Virus record (IMG/VR): IMGVR_UViG_3300029288_000109
Span: 1 to 64,000 of that record
Strand: one strand, 5' to 3'
DNA length: 64,000 bases
DNA from: a virus
Lineage: Duplodnaviria > Caudoviricetes
This document shows positions 10,273 through 20,800 of this stretch, one piece after another. Made by a program: the position numbers and the translations under genes. How positions within the stretch are numbered: the first letter of the stretch is position 1; each line of letters opens with the position of its first letter. The notes beneath the pieces were generated by a model that ran no database searches, was not told the DNA's origin, and was given only the letters and a program-made list of their open reading frames with translations.

Positions 10273-10996
10273 CGTCAGACACCTCATCAAATATTTCTGG
10301 CTCAACGTCTATAATATCTGGGGTTCTATCAGAATGCACTCTCATCATGCGCTCTTCTTCAGCAATATCACTATCTTTTTTCTTATTATATTCTAGTGTA
10401 AAAGTAGCTTTATCAAATTTTGAAACAAGTTCAGCAAGATTTACCCCGTTATCATTACGATGCATCATAAGCCTCTGCTCTCTAAGAATGCCTAGTGACT
10501 TCATGTCTAAAATCATACGTTTATGATTGTTTGTTAGAGCAAAATCTGTACCAGCGGACAACCCATTGTCTCCATTTGTTTCGTTTATAGCCTTTGACAA
10601 CAACCTGCGGTGCAAAATCTCTTCAAGGACAAGAGATGATACAAGCATATCGTCAACACTATTGTTTAACTCAAATTCTCCCTTATACGTCTCCTGTCTT
10701 TCTAAAAAATACCCAAGTTCTTTTGTGTCTTTAATAGCGGGTAAAAAACTGTTGTTGGCTTTTGCCCTGCTTTGTAAACTCATCTCCGTCTTTTCTGAAC
10801 CAATAACAATATTTTCGTTTTTCTTTTTTTCTCCACTCTCAGTGGTACAACCGTTAGACAAGCCATTCCTCTGGTGGATAGAACCTTGTACAAAACTGTA
10901 TGGATCACTCTCTATAAGTTCGTCTACGCGATTAACCAAATTATCAAGATCTTCGTTTATATCATCCATATTTACCACCATTTTCTTTTTACCCAT
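10259..10996 (-). CDS. probable terminase small subunit
   Basis: Helical protein upstream of TerL with a ...SLGILREQR motif; first gene of the packaging operon. Confidence 0.5.
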   Translation of the reverse strand: MGKKKMVVNMDDINEDLDNLVNRVDELIESDPYSFVQGSIHQRNGLSNGCTTESGEKKKNENIVIGSEKTEMSLQSRAKANNSFLPAIKDTKELGYFLERQETYKGEFELNNSVDDMLVSSLVLEEILHRRLLSKAINETNGDNGLSAGTDFALTNNHKRMILDMKSLGILREQRLMMHRNDNGVNLAELVSKFDKATFTLEYNKKKDSDIAEEERMMRVHSDRTPDIIDVEPEIFDEVSDDERV

Positions 10997-11059
10997 AAAT
11001 CACAATATCGTAACATTTCCCTTGTTTTTGATCAAAAACAACGCTACTAACATAATACC

Positions 11060-12226
11060 ATGAAAACATTTTATCAAAAAGAAGCATCATTTTCTACTTA
11101 CATCGAAGTAGTAGTAAAAGCCGGATCTCTTAGAGACCCAGAAGAATGTTTAGGTTTATCGCATATTGTTGAACACACATTGTTACTTGGTGCCAACAAA
11201 GATCTTACAATACTAGAAGACTTTGGCGGATACTACAACGGATACACAAGACAAACATCAGTTTCGTATGTCTTTTCGTTCCCGTCGCATATAGCCGCAA
11301 CAATCATACCAAGGATCTTTAACGTTTTTAACATTAAAACACCACCACAAGAACAAATTGTTAAAAACTCTATCTCTTCAGTGCTTGAAGAGATGCATTC
11401 AGATTCCACAGAGCCCCACTCTACAATGATTGAGGCTTTTATAAAGCACGGGTTTACAACTGATAAGCCAGAAGCTATAAGAGTTTTTGGCAATCCAGAG
11501 AATTTTCATTACGCAACACCCGACTTGATATTCAAACACATTAAAAAGTTTTACAACATTAATAATATTGACGTGCTTATAGTCGGACCTACCGATGTTT
11601 CAGGCCTTGTAGCCAAAGAAGCTGAAAAAATTCTACCAAAAGGCCAACGGTTCAGCACTTCACTACAACACGTTAAACAAAAACAATTCGATTCGGCCAC
11701 GCTAAACATCACAACTGGGTATGAATCATCAGGTATTTTAGCGTTTTGTTCTCACTTATACAGAAACGATGAATTGAAAAGCCTTCTTTTGGCATCAATT
11801 ATAGGCGATTCTTCAATTTCAAGGTCCCTTGTTAACAAACGCCTTGTTGTTCCTGGTTTGATATACAACGGAGCAACAACGGCGGTTCATTTTAACAACT
11901 ACAATATTCTATTTTCAACAATAGAAACATCAACAAAAAACTTTCGTAAGGTTAAAAACATCTATAAAAAAACACTATCCATGGCTTTTACCATGGACTT
12001 TCCAGAATACGAGTTTAAAAAGCTAAAACAAAACTTCTTTTACAGCCAAAAAATGGCCCAAGACAACATACAGGACAAGATTGATGGTTATTCTGATTCT
12101 GTTCTCAAGGGCCATTTTCCGCAAAACAACGAAATTGACGAACTTGACTCAATATCGTTAGACGACATGCGCAAATTCAGTCTAAAATCATTCAACATGG
12201 GGAACTTGTTCTTCATCGTTAGATGA
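11060..12226 (+). CDS. M16-family zinc peptidase
   Basis: KAGS..DP...GLSHIVEH (HxxEH), YNGYT, VLEE motifs. Confidence 0.8.
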   Translation: MKTFYQKEASFSTYIEVVVKAGSLRDPEECLGLSHIVEHTLLLGANKDLTILEDFGGYYNGYTRQTSVSYVFSFPSHIAATIIPRIFNVFNIKTPPQEQIVKNSISSVLEEMHSDSTEPHSTMIEAFIKHGFTTDKPEAIRVFGNPENFHYATPDLIFKHIKKFYNINNIDVLIVGPTDVSGLVAKEAEKILPKGQRFSTSLQHVKQKQFDSATLNITTGYESSGILAFCSHLYRNDELKSLLLASIIGDSSISRSLVNKRLVVPGLIYNGATTAVHFNNYNILFSTIETSTKNFRKVKNIYKKTLSMAFTMDFPEYEFKKLKQNFFYSQKMAQDNIQDKIDGYSDSVLKGHFPQNNEIDELDSISLDDMRKFSLKSFNMGNLFFIVR

Positions 12227-12475
12227 TTCAATTACGCTTTCGGCTTTTTCCAACGACATAAGCTCTTCTTTTACGACATCTTCCTTAGATATGAAACCGG
12301 CTTTTTCACACAAAGCAAAAATTAGATTCACAAGAACCTCCGTCTTTGACGGAGTGTGTGTAAATCCATCAATACTTATTACTTTGCTTTTACAATACTC
12401 ATCAAACGCCTTCCATAACCTGTCCTCAATCTTAAACGTCCTTAACACCTTTGCGTCTTTTGCCACTTCAATCAT
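12188..12475 (-). CDS. ribbon-helix-helix-like DNA-binding protein
   Basis: RTFKIE.RLWKAF..YC...SKTEVL..LI pattern. Confidence 0.5.
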   Translation of the reverse strand: MIEVAKDAKVLRTFKIEDRLWKAFDEYCKSKVISIDGFTHTPSKTEVLVNLIFALCEKAGFISKEDVVKEELMSLEKAESVIESSNDEEQVPHVE

Positions 12476-12779
12476 CTCCCATCACAACACACTCAGAACT
12501 TATTGACTCTTCTCCACTACTATTCATTAATCCAGAGATAAACCCTAATACAAAAACAAGCATGGTCATATCAATGTCCTGCTTGTTTTTTGTATTTATA
12601 CCAGCAAAATACCCGTTTATGTTATTTAATATAAATTGATCGTATATATCAATAACGCTATCAGAAATAGAATTGCCCATTAATCTAAGATAAACGTCTG
12701 GATTCCACTCTTTAATCCTAGATAAAACAAAACCACACGTTTGTATAATTGACATAGTTTTCTGTGACAATTCTGGCAT
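12468..12779 (-). CDS. hypothetical protein
   Basis: ORF with GGGAG SD, coupled to the next gene. Confidence 0.5.
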   Translation of the reverse strand: MPELSQKTMSIIQTCGFVLSRIKEWNPDVYLRLMGNSISDSVIDIYDQFILNNINGYFAGINTKNKQDIDMTMLVFVLGFISGLMNSSGEESISSECVVMGDD

Positions 12780-12859
12780 TTTATTTATCTCCCATATAAA
12801 TATAGTAGCAATATATCAATCAATAATAAAGGACATTTTATATATTTTTATATATTTAC

Positions 12860-12893
12860 TAGTAAAATTATTAAAAAACACGTTACTATTATA
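12860..12893 (+). promoter_or_regulatory. putative phage promoter TAGTAAAA-N14-GYTACTATTATA (copy 1)
   Basis: Same boxes and spacing recur at 50105-50138; both sit just upstream of an SD and ATG. Confidence 0.6.
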
Positions 12894-12908
12894 ACAAAGA
12901 GGTGTAAT

Positions 12909-13382
12909 ATGATAATAGGAATAGATCCAGGATGGGGAGGAGCAATAGGCATATATACAAACAACAAAGAATCGCTTGTATTTGACTGCCCAGAATCTCC
13001 ATTAGCAATGCACAATCTAATATTAAAACACATGGGACAAGATAGAAACTTCTGTTGTATCGAAAGGGTACATGCGTCACCACAATTCGGTGCAATAGGT
13101 AATTTTAGACTTGGAGAAAACTTTGGAGCATGGCAAACTATCCTAAGCGTATTAGAAATCTCATATGAGACATGTACTCCTGGTATATGGCAAAAAACAA
13201 CCTCTCACGAAGAAGGAACAACAACAAAAGCAAAAGCGTGGAACTTTGCAAGAAAGAAATTTCCAACATTATCTAACTTGTTAGGCGATAAAATGCCGAG
13301 TAAAACAAGTCGTGGTGCTGGCAGGGCTGACGCACTCTGTATACTTGCTTATGCAATAGACAGAAATAAAGAAATAGAATAG
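12909..13382 (+). CDS. RuvC-like Holliday junction resolvase
   Basis: IIGIDPG, IERVH, P..WQK, GRADALCI motifs. Confidence 0.82.
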   Translation: MIIGIDPGWGGAIGIYTNNKESLVFDCPESPLAMHNLILKHMGQDRNFCCIERVHASPQFGAIGNFRLGENFGAWQTILSVLEISYETCTPGIWQKTTSHEEGTTTKAKAWNFARKKFPTLSNLLGDKMPSKTSRGAGRADALCILAYAIDRNKEIE

Positions 13383-13395
13383 AAAGGAATACTTT

Positions 13396-13596
13396 ATGCC
13401 CATTTACTCGTTTTTTTGTTTAAAATGCGACAATGAATTCAAACTTAACCTTCCTCCAAAGAGGAAAAACTCCATTTTCTGTAAAGAATGTGGCGGTCCA
13501 ACAAAAATTACAGCGGAAGAACAGGCTCCTTACAATGATTTCAGATCAAAAAAAGACAATTATAAAAAAAACTACTCCAAGAAACCTATGGGTTAG
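13396..13596 (+). CDS. FmdB-like zinc-ribbon protein
   Basis: MPIY.F.C..C...F...C..CG signature. Confidence 0.7.
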   Translation: MPIYSFFCLKCDNEFKLNLPPKRKNSIFCKECGGPTKITAEEQAPYNDFRSKKDNYKKNYSKKPMG

Positions 13597-13658
13597 GAAC
13601 CCTGTAACCAAAATAAAACCAAACGCCAAAAAAGAGCAAGAAAAAACATCCTGCCGTA

Positions 13659-14740
13659 CTAATCGGCGTAAACCATTTCATACGCCTGATGAGTAATTGG
13701 CCATTTATGATCGCATTTACATACAAACACTAGAATATTTTTCTTTTTATCCAAATCTGTTTCAGTAGCAACGCTTACTGGATGTTTTCCACACTCTGGA
13801 CATCTAACCCTATCTGCTATTTTATTAAAAATTGTTATGTTTATAGGCAACATTATAATACCTTCTTTTCAAAATTGATACATTTAAACCCAAACAACAT
13901 TGATGGTTTATGTATCATTACGCTTCGGCCCTCTGCTACACATACCCCTATAAGATCATCGTTTATATCATCGTGAGCTATTTCAAACCCCTCGCCGCAC
14001 CCACACCACAAATACCTAAAATTATCACAATCAATACACCTATATACCATAGGCACCATTATTTTACCTAACAGCTTATTAATTGTTTTTTGTATATACA
14101 AAACAAACCGCATCATTGTTTTTAAACACCCTTTCGGCAGGAACAGTCTCAATATCTACCCCGTAATTAATAACCTTGTTTCCAGATATAGCTATCCAAA
14201 ACGCTTTTACCTTCTCCATCTCGTATTCAATCCAATTTATATTTATTTGTTTATAATCTGAATACACTTTGTCTTGAACGTGCTTCGGCATCCTTTCCCA
14301 CAACGACCATAAAATAAATGGCGTTGTTCTTACACATCTGTCGTAAATACACTTGACCATACGTCTTAATGTCGCATTAGGCATTCTAGACGACTTTACT
14401 ACTAACGCAAGGGCTACGCCCTCCCAGAGCGTAGCCCTGCATTCAGAACACAACGGCGCTATTATTTTAACTTCCACGTCGGGAGGAGAGAAGTCAAAAT
14501 ATTTAACACCCACATCTGATCCGCATTTTTCGCAAATCATTAAATCATCCCAAGCGTTTCCATAGCCTTGCGGATTTTTTTCATTTGTTTCCTTCCTATC
14601 TTTACATCATGGTCAATCAAGTTAACAAACATTATCTCAACGGCCTCTTTGCAGCACTCTATAGCCGCTTCTACGCATCCTGCACACGCTACTGTCTTAA
14701 TATCACCAAGACAATCCTTCCTGTGCTCAATATTTGCCAT
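13659..14740 (-). CDS. run of four small hypothetical genes, mostly with CxxC motifs (13659-13853, 13853-14152, 14079-14540, 14540-14740)
   Basis: Abutting or overlapping ORFs on the minus strand. Confidence 0.5.
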
Positions 14741-14744
14741 GCAA

Positions 14745-15188
14745 TTACCCCATTTCTTTATAGAAATTTTGCCACTTTTTTACCATTTTATATATGTTTT
14801 TTGTATAAAAAGTGTGTCCAGACCGCATTTTTCCGTATAAATAAACGTTTAAAACACTAATATAGTCGGTTTTTTTGTAATATTTACGTAAATAATCGAT
14901 ATATTTGACGCTTCCGCACACATTTTGCTCAATATCGAACGAATCCTTAACACCCATCTTACGAGCAGTTGCAGGCGTTAATTGCCCCAATCCTCTTGCT
15001 CCACGCCTCGAAATTGCCTTTTTATTAAACCTTGACTCAACCCAAAACAACCCTACTGTCACATCTTTATCAACTTTATACTGACTTGAGCATTTTATAG
15101 TGTAAAAAGCTATCTTAACCGCGTCTTTCTTTGCAACCTTCGGGTTTAAGAGGGTAATAAAATAGGCCATAATCAACACTGTTTTCAT
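14745..15188 (-). CDS. SLT-family lytic transglycosylase
   Basis: VESRFN..AIS..GARGLGQL.P.TA, D.EQNV.GS..Y; hydrophobic N-terminus. Confidence 0.88.
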   Translation of the reverse strand: MKTVLIMAYFITLLNPKVAKKDAVKIAFYTIKCSSQYKVDKDVTVGLFWVESRFNKKAISRRGARGLGQLTPATARKMGVKDSFDIEQNVCGSVKYIDYLRKYYKKTDYISVLNVYLYGKMRSGHTFYTKNIYKMVKKWQNFYKEMG

Positions 15189-15189
15189 A

Positions 15190-15429
15190 TTATTCCCCCT
15201 TCAACTTATGCAAAAACGGCAACTCAAGACAATAATTGGTTGCGTCCACCTTTTTTGATAAAGTCTTGACCTCCTCGATAAGTTTATCTATCTTTGCCTC
15301 AAGCTGCTCAACAGATACAGATTTGGGCGGCTCAACAACCTCGTTGCTACCACCAAAACTAGTCAAACCCAACGCGGCCACCACAAAAATAACACACGCG
15401 GCCACAAAAACCTTTATCTTTATGCCCAT
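15190..15429 (-). CDS. membrane-anchored coiled-coil protein
   Basis: N-terminal hydrophobic helix followed by a heptad repeat. Confidence 0.5.
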   Translation of the reverse strand: MGIKIKVFVAACVIFVVAALGLTSFGGSNEVVEPPKSVSVEQLEAKIDKLIEEVKTLSKKVDATNYCLELPFLHKLKGE

Positions 15430-15438
15430 TCTCGCCTC

Positions 15439-15726
15439 CTATTCCTGTATGCATACAATTTCTCCACACAACTTATGCATCTTACCCTTGGAGAAAAACA
15501 CTATGCGTCCACCATTCTCAGTAGTAGGATAACCATCGCTCTCCCACGCTCCTACCTCTTTTCCTCCCGAATAAGCAGTTACTTTATATTTACCCGAAGA
15601 ATAACGAGCCATATCGTGTTTTATGCTCGTTCCTATCTTTCCACAGCCTGCCATAAACAAACACAAGGTTGCCGCAACGACAACACCACGAGGTTTACCT
15701 TTTGGAACCGGCCTCCACTTCATCAC
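15439..15726 (-). CDS. predicted lipoprotein
   Basis: Basic N-terminus, hydrophobic stretch, lipobox-like MAGC. Confidence 0.5.
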   Translation of the reverse strand: MMKWRPVPKGKPRGVVVAATLCLFMAGCGKIGTSIKHDMARYSSGKYKVTAYSGGKEVGAWESDGYPTTENGGRIVFFSKGKMHKLCGEIVCIQE

Positions 15727-16384
15727 GCATCACCCTTTCTTAAACTGCCCAACAAGGCCCCTGAGAGGTCTTCTACGCCATTTCTATAAACCTGACCATC
15801 AGATATGTTTAAAAGACGTTCGGCCTCGTTTTGGACCATTTCTATAATATCTTTGTTTTTACACCTTACGTCCTTGAGGACAAGACGTTTAATATTACGA
15901 AGCACCTGAACCATGGCATCATTCTTAGTTACCTTGGCCGACTTTATAACAACGTCTATATATTCAAGAAGTTCTTTCAAAGTTGCCGCCCCTTAGCGTC
16001 AGACAGATTTACTATAACAGCACCCATGGCGTCCCCATAAACCCTATTAACCTCAGCAATCGTTTTCTGTCTCATTTCGTCTATCTTGGCAACCACATAG
16101 GTCCTGTCTCTATCGTTTTTTGTGAACGAAGCACCTATACCAAAACTCTGGGGCTGCACATTAATGGTAAGACACTCACCAAGAAAACTATTATAATTGT
16201 CAACCCTATACGAAACAACTGGGCCACTATTCTCTCGTTCAACAATAACGTTATATTTGCGCCTAATGCTTTCCATCTCGTTTTTGATTTCACTAAGCAA
16301 CTTCTTTATTTCAATAAGGTTAACAAAAATCTGTGCCATATTCGTTGGTATTGCTAAAATTATCTCCTTCAGCCTTTTAAACAT
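15723..16384 (-). CDS. two hypothetical genes (15723-15980, 15977-16384)
   Basis: Coupled ORFs within the operon. Confidence 0.5.
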
Positions 16385-17141
16385 CTTGTAACCTCCCGCG
16401 TATTATTTGACAATACTTTTCGTCGCTTTCTATACCTATATATCTTCTACCCAACCTTTTGGCAACCACGAGGGTTGAACCGGACCCAGCAAACGGGTCG
16501 AGCACAACATCCCCCTCTGCACTGGTTGCTTCAACAATTTTTTCAAGCATTTTTTCAGGAAGCTGACACGGGTGCTCGGTCTTTTCTTTTGATACGTTCT
16601 TAACCTGATTAAAATACCACCAGTCTATTTCTCTTGGTCTACGCCCCTCTTTTTCAAGCTGCTGTATTCTCTTGTCTGTATGGTTTATATACTCACCATA
16701 AAACATGGTTACTGGCGGTTCTTTTTTTACTTTACTAAGCCACAACCACGTCCTTGATGCTTTTCTAAGAGGGTGTCCGCCCATGTTGGAATTATATACC
16801 CACGTAATTATTTCCTGCGGCTTGATACCTATATCCTTATTAAAAAACAACCACGCATACATAAGAGAATTAAACTCAGGGTAGTTCAAATAAAATATAC
16901 TTCCGGTCGGCTTTATAACCCTATCCATCGCCTCCATTACCCTGCCCTGCCACTCAAGATACTCAATAGACTCAAGATTATCCTTGTAGGAGTTATACTT
17001 ATATCTGACATTATATGGCGGATCGGCGACTATAAGGTCAATCGACTCCGGCTCCATTTTTTCCATCGCGGCTATACAGTCATCGTTTATTACCATTTTT
17101 GCACTCCGCATCCATAATTTCTCCAAACTCAATTTCTTCAT
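16377..17141 (-). CDS. N6-adenine/N4-cytosine DNA methyltransferase (beta class)
   Basis: IDLIVADPPY, HPCQLP, VLDPFAGSGST motifs. Confidence 0.92.
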   Translation of the reverse strand: MKKLSLEKLWMRSAKMVINDDCIAAMEKMEPESIDLIVADPPYNVRYKYNSYKDNLESIEYLEWQGRVMEAMDRVIKPTGSIFYLNYPEFNSLMYAWLFFNKDIGIKPQEIITWVYNSNMGGHPLRKASRTWLWLSKVKKEPPVTMFYGEYINHTDKRIQQLEKEGRRPREIDWWYFNQVKNVSKEKTEHPCQLPEKMLEKIVEATSAEGDVVLDPFAGSGSTLVVAKRLGRRYIGIESDEKYCQIIRGRLQDV

Positions 17142-17586
17142 CCGTCATCGAATTCGGCTCGACAACCTTATTAAACTTTTTTTGAACGACTTCGCCATCT
17201 CCAATCTCCCATGGAAAATATATATAATCTGTATAACCAACGGTCTTTGCGGCCACCACATTCAACGAACTATTTACCTTGGCAACAGCGCGACTAATCA
17301 GAACGGCAAACCTCGGCTCGGTCTCGCTTTTCAAACAGCGCCACGCCGTGTCTATTGTTTTTCCAGTATTATATACATTATCCACCACAATAACCCTTTC
17401 GCCTCTTTTTAATACAAAGCCAGGATCATATATACTTTTTACAGGTTTATCAAAATGATAAGACAGGTGTACCGCGACCGGCCATCCGCCCCTCGGAACG
17501 GCGACTATCTGATCAAACTTGGTGTCGCGCAGCATAAAACACAAATGGTCGAGCAACACCTCGTACTCAGAATACGTGACTATCAT
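17080..17586 (-). CDS. type I phosphoribosyltransferase (purine PRTase-like)
   Basis: AVPRGG, VIVVDNVYNTGKT PRPP loop, YIYFPWE. Confidence 0.85.
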   Translation of the reverse strand: MIVTYSEYEVLLDHLCFMLRDTKFDQIVAVPRGGWPVAVHLSYHFDKPVKSIYDPGFVLKRGERVIVVDNVYNTGKTIDTAWRCLKSETEPRFAVLISRAVAKVNSSLNVVAAKTVGYTDYIYFPWEIGDGEVVQKKFNKVVEPNSMTDEEIEFGEIMDAECKNGNKR

Positions 17587-18059
17587 ATGGCCTCACCAAG
17601 CCTGAGCAAGTCGTCAACAAACAGTGACTTAAATCCGTCCGCACCATTATATATAACCTCGACAATCCCAGCATTAACAAGGACTCTTGAGCACAGCTTG
17701 CAGGGAACAATATCAACCGTATCCACCTTCTTATGGCAATCCCATCCGTACAGATAAAGCTTCCCGCCGACCACGGAAACCCCATTACGAGCCGCATTAA
17801 TGACAGCGTTCATTTCGGAGTGGACCGAGACGCAAAGCTCATAGCGCTCACCGGGCAGAGCACCGGCCTCATCGCGGCGGCAAGAGCCGACCTCGCAGCA
17901 ATTAGCGGCCCCACGCGGCGAACCACAATATCCGGTCGACAGAATGGACCCGTCGCGCACTATGACCGAACCATATATACGTCTCAGGCAAGTTCCGCGA
18001 CTGGCAACCGCGCAAGCAATATCATAAAAATATTCGTTGTGGTTAACCCGCTCATTCAT
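17583..18059 (-). CDS. dCMP deaminase family protein
   Basis: TGYCGSPRG, VHSEMNA, PCKLC zinc motifs. Confidence 0.9.
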   Translation of the reverse strand: MNERVNHNEYFYDIACAVASRGTCLRRIYGSVIVRDGSILSTGYCGSPRGAANCCEVGSCRRDEAGALPGERYELCVSVHSEMNAVINAARNGVSVVGGKLYLYGWDCHKKVDTVDIVPCKLCSRVLVNAGIVEVIYNGADGFKSLFVDDLLRLGEAI

Positions 18060-19183
18060 CTATAATCCCTCCAAGCCTAATCTTATTTGATCTGTGTGGG
18101 TTTTTAAATATTCGGTAAAGAAATCAGTAAGATCCAACAAGAATGGACAAACGTCTCTGGTGCAAAGATTATATTTAACCTTGTCCCTTCTGCTGCCAAT
18201 ATATGTTCCTGGAACAAATCTGCGTTTGCATTTAAAACCAATCGGGGCGTCCTCTGCACAATTAAAATCTCTGTGGCGGCAAAGGCTTGCCATAATCTGA
18301 AACTGGGCTTCGAGTTCTGTATTATCCATTTTTAGACTCAACCCAATTTGGATCAAGAATTTTATGGGCCACCGTCCACGCACCATAAGGATTTATTTTA
18401 CCAAAGAACATATCCGGTATTCCATCTTCCTCATTGCCCCACAATTTCATAGCATCACATAAAACACTAAGCATACCTCTTAGAGTACAATATACTTCCT
18501 GGTCTATATCTTTTTTCTCTATGAGCTCGGCAAACCCATCTAATTTTTTAGCGTGTTTCCAAAGCGCAAAAACTTCCCAATCTGAATGCTCTCCGTCATC
18601 AACATAATTTCCAAATTGTTCCTCACTCATTGATAATAGTTGCCGTGCAGCAAGTTCTTCATCATCGTAATCTATTTCAGGATAAGCGGACATCTTGGCC
18701 TCCAGTTCGATCTTTGCTTGTTCCAAGTCAGCACACTTCATGGGCGTGTCCTCTGGTTCCCAATCTGGGCATTTACCATCGCATTCTGAGCATCCGACAA
18801 TCTTTGCCGCAGAGCGACATTGTTTTAATTTTCCACAGGTAGAACATTTATGTTGCACCTTGACTCCCCCTTCGCGCAACCACGGGCAACCCCCTGAGCA
18901 ACTTCTTGGCCCACTTGACAAACTTGAGGGCCTCGGCCTCGGTCGGGAATGGATAAAGCTCCATGCGCCCTATGCGGACCAGATAGGGGAACTCGGCCTT
19001 GATCGCAACCACACACCCCGCAACCCCATCCTTGGCGAACTTCTTAAACGGGCACCCCTTGCAGGCGGCGACCAGATAAGCATCACACAACGGGCAACCC
19101 TCCTTGAAGACCACCCATTTTTCTTCGGAGCGGCTATCAAGAATCCGCGACCTCGAAACCACCGCAATCGTCTCTTTAATCAT
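18060..19183 (-). CDS. three small Cys-rich hypothetical genes (about 18060-18329, 18322-18860, 18848-19183)
   Basis: Coupled ORFs; GAGGT SD before 19183; starts approximate. Confidence 0.5.
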
Positions 19184-19760
19184 TATGTGTACCTCGCATC
19201 CTTCGACAACCGCGATTTTGGGCGGCTATAGTGATAGTAGCGTGGAATGGGGCGTATATACAAGGGTTTTGAAAAACAGTCCCCAAAAATTTTGGAAGGC
19301 GTATATACGGTATATGGGAAAAAGGGGAAAAGAAGATGGAGCGTATATAAGGGGTATATTTTACAGGGGAAAAGAATGGGGAGAAGTTTTAACCCCCTCA
19401 CTACTGCATTTTGCAGCGCATGAACGCAAAATACGGCACCCGTCTCATTTTGAAACGTTCAATAATTATGCAATTTCAATGTTTTTCAATGTTTTTCCAT
19501 GTTTTGACGTATAACTATTGAACGATCGTCAAACATGGCATATCCTGTGCGATATATACCACTATGGAACAAACACAGTAAAGCAGAATAGAAAAACCCC
19601 GATTGTATCCACTATATTCCCATTGGGAACTAGGATATAACGGATAACATGAACGGAGATGTAAAGTAATATGTTACAATCAAGCAATTGGAATAGTTCT
19701 TTTGAATTGACGGATTTTTCCGGAGGATCCACAACAATATTCCCAAGTGATAACAGGATC

Positions 19761-20492
19761 ATGGAAAATTATCCTACTGTCGAAATTCCGATTTTAACTA
19801 GGAAAATCGGCAAAAAAGCGGTTTATTGCAGATATATCAATAATAAGCTGGTCAAAACGATCGCAACAAACAAAGAATTGACTAGCGTTATTGACACAAC
19901 GCCAGAGTTTTTCGCGTCAATGCCGTCAACTAATCCGATCGGCGAGTCTTATAACGCAATTGCTAGCGACGGTGTTATTACTTTCAATTGGGATAATTAC
20001 ATTTTAGAATTATCCAAAGAAGAGCAAAAGAAAAACCAGTGGGATAAAACCGTAAAATCCGCAAGTAATGTTGTGGTAACTCAATTCACGGCATTACATA
20101 AGGATTATATCAAGATAACCGTTAACGGCATTGAATTAAAACCACTTGCCGAAAATAGGGAATTGATATATTCCGATCGGTATAATGCTTTTGATGTTGA
20201 CGCAGTAACCAGTTGGCCGATCGCAAAAAACATTGATAACACCGATTTTCTTACATTCAACGATATTGCAATCAAAACAGTAATACTTGCTTACACAACA
20301 CAATTCGTTGACGACATTGACATTGACGATCGGCAAGTTGTTATGGCCATAATCAAGGGGATCGTGTCGCCGCGAAAGCGGCGACACGAATTGCCGTATA
20401 ACAAAGCAATCATGGATAACGTTATCCGTCATAATTGCGACACAGTAAAGCAATTGCGCATTGAACAAAAGATCACAACTTGCTTATGGTAA
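19761..20492 (+). CDS. hypothetical protein in the divergence zone
   Basis: Long ORF; ATG 19761 follows AGGA; ends just before a 17-bp hairpin. Confidence 0.6.
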   Translation: MENYPTVEIPILTRKIGKKAVYCRYINNKLVKTIATNKELTSVIDTTPEFFASMPSTNPIGESYNAIASDGVITFNWDNYILELSKEEQKKNQWDKTVKSASNVVVTQFTALHKDYIKITVNGIELKPLAENRELIYSDRYNAFDVDAVTSWPIAKNIDNTDFLTFNDIAIKTVILAYTTQFVDDIDIDDRQVVMAIIKGIVSPRKRRHELPYNKAIMDNVIRHNCDTVKQLRIEQKITTCLW

Positions 20493-20502
20493 AATCAAGA
20501 TA

Positions 20503-20539
20503 CAATCAAGGCAAGGGATTTTATCCCTTGCCTTGATTG
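20503..20539. repeat. perfect 17-bp inverted repeat (GCAAGGGAT-N3-ATCCCTTGC core), possible terminator
   Basis: CAATCAAGGCAAGGGAT ttt ATCCCTTGCCTTGATTG. Confidence 0.8.
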
Positions 20540-20775
20540 ACGCAATACAATACACTAAAGGGAATTGATAAAGAATGGTAAAGAATATGCCGATAGAATC
20601 AAGCTGGAATAGAATTAATGAGTTGTTTGTTCCCGGATTGCCAGTTTCCGATCAACCGCCGATCCCCGATTGTATCCTGAACAATATAGTAATTGTAGCA
20701 AAATACGGAATAGAATCAGTATACGCTATAATGGCAAGTGAGAATGAGTAATGACAACACAACACAAAGCATATA

Positions 20776-20800
20776 ACGCAAGGGATTATATCCCTTGCGT
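20776..20800. repeat. second inverted repeat with the same core
   Basis: ACGCAAGGGAT tat ATCCCTTGCGT. Confidence 0.8.
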
